The notes beneath the pieces are model-generated. The model saw only the letters and a list, made by a program, of their open reading frames with translations, did not search any database and was not told the origin of the DNA. From assembly GCA_019116045.1 (NCBI GenBank), contig DXCK01000090.1, positions 11,914 to 75,913 of the forward strand: a DNA stretch of 64,000 bases, read 5' to 3'. How positions within the stretch are numbered: the first letter of the stretch is position 1; the number at the start of each line of letters is the position of its first letter. Position numbers and translations under genes: made by a program. This document shows positions 58,003-64,000 of this stretch, piece by piece. Source of the stretch: Candidatus Bacteroides merdipullorum. GTDB lineage: Bacteria > Bacteroidota > Bacteroidia > Bacteroidales > Bacteroidaceae.

Positions 58003-58971
58003 TCAGTCCATCATCTTGCCGTGGTTGGCGGCCAGTTGTATCATGCGGTCATAGTCTTCGGCGCTCAGGTCCATGAAGTAATAGTTGACGGGGTTCACCA
58101 CGCGGCCCTTGACGTGCACCTCGTAGTGCAGGTGCGGCCCGGTGCTTTTGCCCGTGCTGCCCACGCCGCCTATCACTTCGCCGCGCACCACCTTTTTGCC
58201 CAGCCGTGTGCGGAACTCCTGGAGATGCGCGTACCAAGTCTCATAACCGAATCCGTGGTCGATAACGATGATGTTCCCATAGCCCGTCTGCCAGCCCATC
58301 TTCACCACTGTCCCATCTCCTGTGGCGTAAACGTCTGTGCCCGGATTGGCCGAGAAGTCCATGCCTGCATGAAAGCGTGTCGTGCCGTAAATGGGGTCTA
58401 TTCGTGTGCCGTAACCAGAGGCTGTCTTCTTCAGGTCTTTGTTGGACACGGGCTGGATGGCAGGAATACAGCGCAGCATTTCGTCGTGCTGGCGGCACAT
58501 CTCCACCACTTCATCGAACGAACGCGACTGTATGTACAGTTGTTTCGTCAGCAAGTCGAGCTTCTGTGTCGTGTTCACCACCAGCTCCGCATCGGCCATG
58601 TCCATCAGATGCTCGTAGCGGTTGGTTCTTCCGTAGCCTGCCTGCCGGATGGCGGAGGAGATGGGGTCGGCCTGGAAGATGACCCGGTAGAGGTTGTCGT
58701 CGCGCTGTTGGATGTCTTGCAGCACGCCTAATGCTTCGTCCATGCGGTGCGATAAGACGTTGTATTGCGACAACAGGCGGCTGTTCTCCTTGCGCAGTTC
58801 TTTTTCGGACGGCGAGCCGAAGATGATGAGTGGTGCGATGAAGCACGCCGCGCCCAGCCCCATGCCGATAAACAGGCGGCGCAGGTGGCTCATCAGCCGT
58901 TGGCGGACGGTGGGGTAGATGCGGTCGTAGGTCTGAGTACGTGGGTTGTAAATGTAGTAAACTTTGCGCAT
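58003..58971 (-). CDS. M23 family metallopeptidase
   Basis: HAGMD, YAHL, STGPHLHYEV. Confidence 0.94.
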   Translation of the reverse strand: MRKVYYIYNPRTQTYDRIYPTVRQRLMSHLRRLFIGMGLGAACFIAPLIIFGSPSEKELRKENSRLLSQYNVLSHRMDEALGVLQDIQQRDDNLYRVIFQADPISSAIRQAGYGRTNRYEHLMDMADAELVVNTTQKLDLLTKQLYIQSRSFDEVVEMCRQHDEMLRCIPAIQPVSNKDLKKTASGYGTRIDPIYGTTRFHAGMDFSANPGTDVYATGDGTVVKMGWQTGYGNIIVIDHGFGYETWYAHLQEFRTRLGKKVVRGEVIGGVGSTGKSTGPHLHYEVHVKGRVVNPVNYYFMDLSAEDYDRMIQLAANHGKMMD

Positions 58972-59065
58972 GATGGGGAATTATTTCGCTGTCGATGCGG
59001 CAAAAGTAATAAAAACAAGCTATCTTTGCGCAGTTTTTTGAGAATATTAACCGCTAAATAAGAGT

Positions 59066-61687
59066 ATGTTGACTGCAAATGAAATCAGAGACTCGTTCAA
59101 GAGTTTCTTCGAGAGCAAAGGACACCATATCGTACCCTCGGCTCCCATGGTGATAAAAGATGACCCCACGCTGATGTTCACCAACGCGGGAATGAACCAA
59201 TTCAAGGATATCATTCTGGGCAATCATCCGGCGCAATGGAAGCGCGTGGCCGATTCGCAGAAGTGCCTGCGCGTCAGCGGAAAGCACAATGACCTGGAAG
59301 AAGTGGGGCACGACACGTACCACCACACCATGTTCGAGATGTTGGGTAACTGGTCGTTCGGCGATTACTTCAAGAAAGAAGCCATATCCTGGGCATGGGA
59401 ATACCTGGTGGACGTGCTGAAGCTGAATCCTGACAACCTCTATGCCACGGTCTTCGAGGGAAGTCCTGAGGAGGGCTTGGGGCGCGACGACGAGGCGGCT
59501 GCCTATTGGGAACAGTTTCTTCCGAAAGATCATATCATCAACGGCAACAAGCACGATAACTTCTGGGAGATGGGCGACACGGGACCCTGCGGGCCTTGCT
59601 CCGAAATCCACATCGACTTGCGCAGCGAGGAAGAGAAGGCTCAGGTGCCCGGCAGGGAGATGGTGAACCACGACCACCCGCAGGTCATCGAAATCTGGAA
59701 CCTCGTGTTCATGCAGTTCAACCGCAAGGCCGACGGCAGCCTGGAGGACTTGCCGGCCCGCGTCATCGATACCGGCATGGGCTTCGAGCGTCTTTGCATG
59801 GCTCTTCAGGGCAAGACGTCCAACTATGACACCGATGTCTTCCAACCCATGATACAGGCCATTGCCGCGATGGCGGGCACGCCGTATGGGGCGGATGCTC
59901 AGAAAGACGTGGCCATGCGCGTGGTGGCCGACCATATCCGCACGATTGCTTTCTCTATCACCGACGGGCAGTTGCCGGGCAATGCCAAGGCTGGCTACGT
60001 CATCCGCCGCATCTTGCGCCGTGCCGTGCGCTATGGCTATACGTTCCTGGGGCAGAAGCAGGCGTTCATGTACAGGCTTTTGCCGGTGCTGATACAGGAG
60101 ATGGGGGCTGCTTATCCTGAGCTGGGCGAGCAGAAAGACCTGATCGGCAAGGTGATGAAGGAAGAAGAGGAGGCTTTCCTCCGCACGTTGGAGACGGGCA
60201 TCCGCCTGCTGGACAAGACGATGGCCGATGCGAAGGCTGCCGGACGGACGGAAATCAGCGGAAAGGATGCCTTCACGCTGTACGACACCTTCGGCTTCCC
60301 GCTGGACCTGACGGAGCTTATCTTGCGCGAGAATGGCATGACGGCCGATATCGAAGCGTTCAACGTCGAGATGCAGCAGCAGAAGCAGCGCGCCAGAAAC
60401 GCCGCTGCTGTGGAGACCGGAGACTGGGTGACGCTGAAGGAAGGCACCACGGAGTTTGTCGGCTATGACTATACGGAGTATGAGACCAGCATCTTGCGCT
60501 ACCGCCAGGTGAAGCAGAAGAACCAGACGCTCTACCAGATTGTGCTGGACAAGACGCCGTTCTATGCCGAAAGCGGCGGCCAGGTGGGCGACACGGGCGT
60601 GCTGGTCAGCGAATACGAGACGATAGAAATCATCGACACGAAGAAGGAGAACAATCTGCCCATCCACCTGGCCAAGACGCTGCCCACGCATCCCGAGGCG
60701 CCGATGATGGCCTGCGTCGACGTGGAGAAGCGCGCCGCCTGCGCCGCCAACCACTCGGCCACGCACTTGCTGGACGAGGCTTTGCGACAGGTGCTTGGCG
60801 ACCACGTGCAGCAGAAAGGCTCGCTCGTGACGCCCGACTCGCTGCGATTCGACTTCTCGCACTTCCAGAAGGTGACGGACGAGCAGCTACGTGAGGTGGA
60901 ACACCGCGTCAACGCTAAAATCCGCGCCAACATCCCCCTGACCGAACACCGCAACATCCCCATCGAGGAGGCCCGCGAACTGGGTGCCATCGCCCTCTTC
61001 GGCGAGAAATACGGTGACCATGTGCGCGTCATACAATTCGGCTCGTCCATCGAGTTCTGCGGCGGCACGCACGTCCCCGCCACGGGTTGCATCGGCATGG
61101 TCAAGATTATCTCCGAGAGCTCTGTGGCTGCCGGCGTGCGCCGCATCGAGGCTCTGACGGGCGCGAAGGTGGAGGAACTGATGGACGGCATACAGGACAC
61201 CATCCAGGGGCTGAAGGCGCTCTTCAACAACGCTCCCGACCTGACCGCCGCCATCCGCCGCTACATCGACGAGAACGCCGGGCTGAAGAAGCAAATCGAG
61301 GACTTCATGAAGGAGAAGGAAGCGCAGTTGAAGGAGCGTCTCGTGCAGGGCATGCGCGAGGTGCATGGCGTGAAGGTCGTGTCCTTCTGCGCGCCCATCC
61401 CGCCGGAGACGGCCAAGAACATCGCCTTCCAACTGCGGGGCGAGCTGGGCGACAGCTTCTGCTTCGTGGCCGGCACTGCCTTCGAGGGCAAGCCCATGCT
61501 GACGGTGATGCTGGGCGAGAAGCTCGTGGCCGACGGACTGAAGGCCGGTGCGCTGGTGAAGGAAGCCGCACGACTCATCTTGGGCGGCGGCGGCGGGCAA
61601 CCGCACTTTGCTACGGCAGGCGGCAAGAACCCCGATGGCCTCAAGGCCGCTGTGGACAAGGTGCTGGAGCTGGCCGGGCTGCTGTAA
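59066..61687 (+). CDS. alaS: Alanine--tRNA ligase
   Basis: [52 protein letters not shown]. Confidence 0.98.
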   Translation: MLTANEIRDSFKSFFESKGHHIVPSAPMVIKDDPTLMFTNAGMNQFKDIILGNHPAQWKRVADSQKCLRVSGKHNDLEEVGHDTYHHTMFEMLGNWSFGDYFKKEAISWAWEYLVDVLKLNPDNLYATVFEGSPEEGLGRDDEAAAYWEQFLPKDHIINGNKHDNFWEMGDTGPCGPCSEIHIDLRSEEEKAQVPGREMVNHDHPQVIEIWNLVFMQFNRKADGSLEDLPARVIDTGMGFERLCMALQGKTSNYDTDVFQPMIQAIAAMAGTPYGADAQKDVAMRVVADHIRTIAFSITDGQLPGNAKAGYVIRRILRRAVRYGYTFLGQKQAFMYRLLPVLIQEMGAAYPELGEQKDLIGKVMKEEEEAFLRTLETGIRLLDKTMADAKAAGRTEISGKDAFTLYDTFGFPLDLTELILRENGMTADIEAFNVEMQQQKQRARNAAAVETGDWVTLKEGTTEFVGYDYTEYETSILRYRQVKQKNQTLYQIVLDKTPFYAESGGQVGDTGVLVSEYETIEIIDTKKENNLPIHLAKTLPTHPEAPMMACVDVEKRAACAANHSATHLLDEALRQVLGDHVQQKGSLVTPDSLRFDFSHFQKVTDEQLREVEHRVNAKIRANIPLTEHRNIPIEEARELGAIALFGEKYGDHVRVIQFGSSIEFCGGTHVPATGCIGMVKIISESSVAAGVRRIEALTGAKVEELMDGIQDTIQGLKALFNNAPDLTAAIRRYIDENAGLKKQIEDFMKEKEAQLKERLVQGMREVHGVKVVSFCAPIPPETAKNIAFQLRGELGDSFCFVAGTAFEGKPMLTVMLGEKLVADGLKAGALVKEAARLILGGGGGQPHFATAGGKNPDGLKAAVDKVLELAGLL

Positions 61688-61694
61688 AATGAAA

Positions 61695-61842
61695 GAGGGG
61701 GTGTGCCGAATATGGAATTGCACACAGATGACACGGATTAAGGACAGATGACCACTGATGACAGGTCATAAATCTGCGAAAATCTGTTTAATCCGTGTTA
61801 TCTGCGTGCCAATATCTCATGACACGGCACACCTCCTTTTTT
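61695..61842. repeat. Long hairpin: REP-like arms enclosing inverted ~9-mer (CACAGATGA-like) repeats, ending in a T-tract
   Basis: GGGGGTGTGCCG...CGGCACACCTCC arms; cacagatgacacggattaa / ttaatccgtgttatctgcgtg. Confidence 0.75.
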
Positions 61843-61853
61843 ATGCCCTCTGC

Positions 61854-62069
61854 GCAGGGTTCACCTAAACTCTGGTGCAGAGTTCACCCAAACTCTGGTG
61901 CAGGGTTCACCTAAACTCTGGTGCAGGGTTTACCTAAACTCTGGTGCAGGGTTTACCTAAACTCTGGTGCAGAGTTCACCTAAACTCTGGTGCAGGGTTT
62001 ACCTAAACTCTGGTGCAGGGTTTACCTAAACTCTGGTGCAGGGTTTACCTAAACTCTGGTGCAGAGTTT
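61854..62069. repeat. About 9.4 x 23-bp tandem repeat GCAG(G/A)GTT(T/C)ACC(T/C)AAACTCTGGT
   Basis: Nine complete contiguous units plus a partial unit; no spacers. Confidence 0.95.
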
Positions 62070-62079
62070 GATAACAACA

Positions 62080-62130
62080 TGGGCAGGATTTCCGAGGACG
62101 CTGGTCGTGCCTCCCGGAAATCCTGCCCAT
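62080..62130. terminator. Hairpin after the DUF4954 stop
   Basis: ATGGGCAGGATTTCCG...CGGAAATCCTGCCCAT; no clear U-tract. Confidence 0.5.
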
Positions 62131-62141
62131 TCACTTGCTTG

Positions 62142-64000
62142 TCAGCGCTTTACCTGCCTCATGCGGCCGATGAGCTCGTCGCCCAAGTCCGTCTTGACGC
62201 GGATGTGCTCCAGCACGGCCGTCACAAACGGGTTGCTCTCGAAGTCGCCGCGCACCTGCTCGAAGTCCAGCTCCTTCTCGGCACGCGAGCCGTCGGCCCC
62301 GAAGCCCGTCATCGACGCCAGCGAGAACTCCTTGCGCGCATCCTCGTACAGCATCCGGTCCAGCCCCACCACGGCCTCCTTCCACCGCTCGACGATGCGG
62401 ATGATGTCCTCGGCCGTCATCTCCTCCGGTTTCGTGCCGTAAAACTCCTCCAGCCGCTCGTACGCCCACGTCCACTCGTACGTGTAATAATTCAGGTGCA
62501 TCCGCTCGAACTCACTGTTGATGTCCTGCAGCCGGTTCACCTCGCCCCGCTCGATGGCGTCCAGCAAGCGGTCAATCTCGCTCTTCGGCGCAATCAGTCC
62601 CGAGATGTCCACCCACTCGCCGCTGCCGATGGGCGTGTCCGGCCGCAGCCGTGACCGAATCTCCTCGTCCGTGCGGAAGGCCGTCCCCTCCAGCCGCTTG
62701 ATGACCGAGTTGCCCAGAAACTTGTGTATGGCCGTCTCGTAGAAGCCGATGCCTTTCACCAGCGCCGAGTTGCGGATTTTCGCGCTGTGGTACGAGTAAA
62801 TGTCCGACAACTCGCCCGACGCATGGCGCAGCGCCAGCAGAATCTCCCTGCCCTTGAACATCTTCTGCACCGTGTACGGGCTCAGCAGATTGTAGTTGAT
62901 ATAGTCCAGCCGGTGCGGGTCGGTGCGCCCGTCGCGCTTCGGCCACTTCTGCGCGTCGCGGATGGTGCCCACGCTGCGCAAGTTCACGCCCGGCGCCAGA
63001 TACGTCGTGTTCTGCTGCTCGATGAGGTAAGAGAACGGCAAGTTGCTGGTGTCCGCATGATTCACGTGCCGCCCCATGACGAGCGAAAACGCCCCCACCC
63101 GTGCCGGCCACAAGATGTACGAGTCCGACGAAGTCTTCGCCCCGCGCTCCAGCGTCCCCTGATGGATGGGCCCCAGCTTGTACATGTGGTTACTCTGGTT
63201 CGACCCCGAGCCCGCGTTCATGAACGAGAACATCCCCGCGATGAGCAGCGTCGACTTGTGGTGCGTCACCGTGAATGGCCCCGCGAAGATGGCGCACGCC
63301 TCGCCGTTCTCGCCCTGGCAGTTGCTGAAGAACAGCGAGTCCGAGGCCGAATATCCATGTCCCAGCTTGCAGGCCTGCCCCACGAAGCAGCGCGTCAGCA
63401 TCGCCCCGTCGTCCACGTGCGAGCCGCTCGAGATGATGAAATCCTCGCACACCACGCCCTGTCCGATATGCACCGGGGCATCTCCATTGCTGTTGATGCT
63501 GCCGTTGTACAGGCGTCCCGCACCCGAGATGCGGCACCAGTCGCCGATGCGCACGTTCTTGATGCTGCCCGTGTTCAGTATGGTCACGTGGTTGCCTATC
63601 CGTCCGCAGTCCGAAGCATGCTTGCGGGCATAGAAGTCCGTAATCTCCTTCAGCCGTGCCGTCAGCACCGGGCGGTGGCGGTACAGCGCCATGATGTAAG
63701 CGATGTGGGCAGACAGCTTGTCGTTGATGGCCACCTCGCGGCCGCCGGTCTCGTTCAGCACGGCCACCTCCACACCGTTGCCGAAGGTCGACGTGCCTTC
63801 CACCAAGATGCGGTCCACGTTCTCGATGAACGTGTCGTCGCCTATTTCATAATTGGCAATATAGTTCTGTATGTTCTCGATGCAGCAGTTGTTGCCCACC
63901 GTCACGTTGTGCAGCGTCACGTGGCGCAGCGCCGAATGTTTCTTGATACCTCCGGGCAAGGTGAACTCGCCCTCGAACACGCCCAGGCGGACGTCGCCCG
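62142..64000 (-). CDS. DUF4954 family protein (beta-helix-like); 5' end lies outside the window
   Basis: GNGVEVAVLNETGGRE, GEACAIFAGP.TV.HHKSTLLI, NQSNHMYKLGP, LPFSYL. Confidence 0.88.
   Translation of the reverse strand, partial: GDVRLGVFEGEFTLPGGIKKHSALRHVTLHNVTVGNNCCIENIQNYIANYEIGDDTFIENVDRILVEGTSTFGNGVEVAVLNETGGREVAINDKLSAHIAYIMALYRHRPVLTARLKEITDFYARKHASDCGRIGNHVTILNTGSIKNVRIGDWCRISGAGRLYNGSINSNGDAPVHIGQGVVCEDFIISSGSHVDDGAMLTRCFVGQACKLGHGYSASDSLFFSNCQGENGEACAIFAGPFTVTHHKSTLLIAGMFSFMNAGSGSNQSNHMYKLGPIHQGTLERGAKTSSDSYILWPARVGAFSLVMGRHVNHADTSNLPFSYLIEQQNTTYLAPGVNLRSVGTIRDAQKWPKRDGRTDPHRLDYINYNLLSPYTVQKMFKGREILLALRHASGELSDIYSYHSAKIRNSALVKGIGFYETAIHKFLGNSVIKRLEGTAFRTDEEIRSRLRPDTPIGSGEWVDISGLIAPKSEIDRLLDAIERGEVNRLQDINSEFERMHLNYYTYEWTWAYERLEEFYGTKPEEMTAEDIIRIVERWKEAVVGLDRMLYEDARKEFSLASMTGFGADGSRAEKELDFEQVRGDFESNPFVTAVLEHIRVKTDLGDELIGRMRQVKR

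Noticed and set aside
867-60862. Very long antisense ORFs (e.g. 867-3113, 8174-10456, 26839-29058, 47144-49558, 55013-57397, 59054-60862)
   Set aside because: They shadow well-identified genes on the opposite strand, as expected from GC-rich codon bias, and show no recognisable motifs.
61854-62069. Possible CRISPR array
   Set aside because: Units are contiguous with no unique spacers, and there are no cas genes in the window.

Overview
Core chromosomal segment of a GC-rich Bacteroidales bacterium (Bacteroides/Phocaeicola-like: TAnnTTTG promoters, no Shine-Dalgarno motifs, characteristic DUFs). It holds about 55 mostly housekeeping genes, including panCD, sod, nfnAB/gltA, serS, trxA, dnaE, psd-pssA, rplU-rpmA, kdsA, miaA, rsmE, mutA-scpA, topB, aroC, relA and alaS. 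I saw no rRNA, tRNA, CRISPR array, integrase or transposase. The notable signals are: (1) three dispersed copies of a ~65-75 nt promoter-to-terminator small RNA antisense to a generic start-codon region, each with a Cur/BT4338-like palindrome, upstream of the promoter in two copies and over the promoter in the third; (2) an AT-rich two-gene islet pairing a protein with AAG/MPG DNA-glycosylase-like motifs with a short agmatine-deiminase-family enzyme, a candidate defence or modified-base system; (3) six intergenic hairpins built from inverted 7-9-mer microsatellites; (4) several 22-24 bp tandem arrays; (5) a leader peptide before a LysO exporter, a candidate sRNA before mutA, a TA/HU islet, a compositionally mosaic lipoprotein and a frameshifted MNT gene. 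All family calls come from motif recognition by eye; no database search was run.
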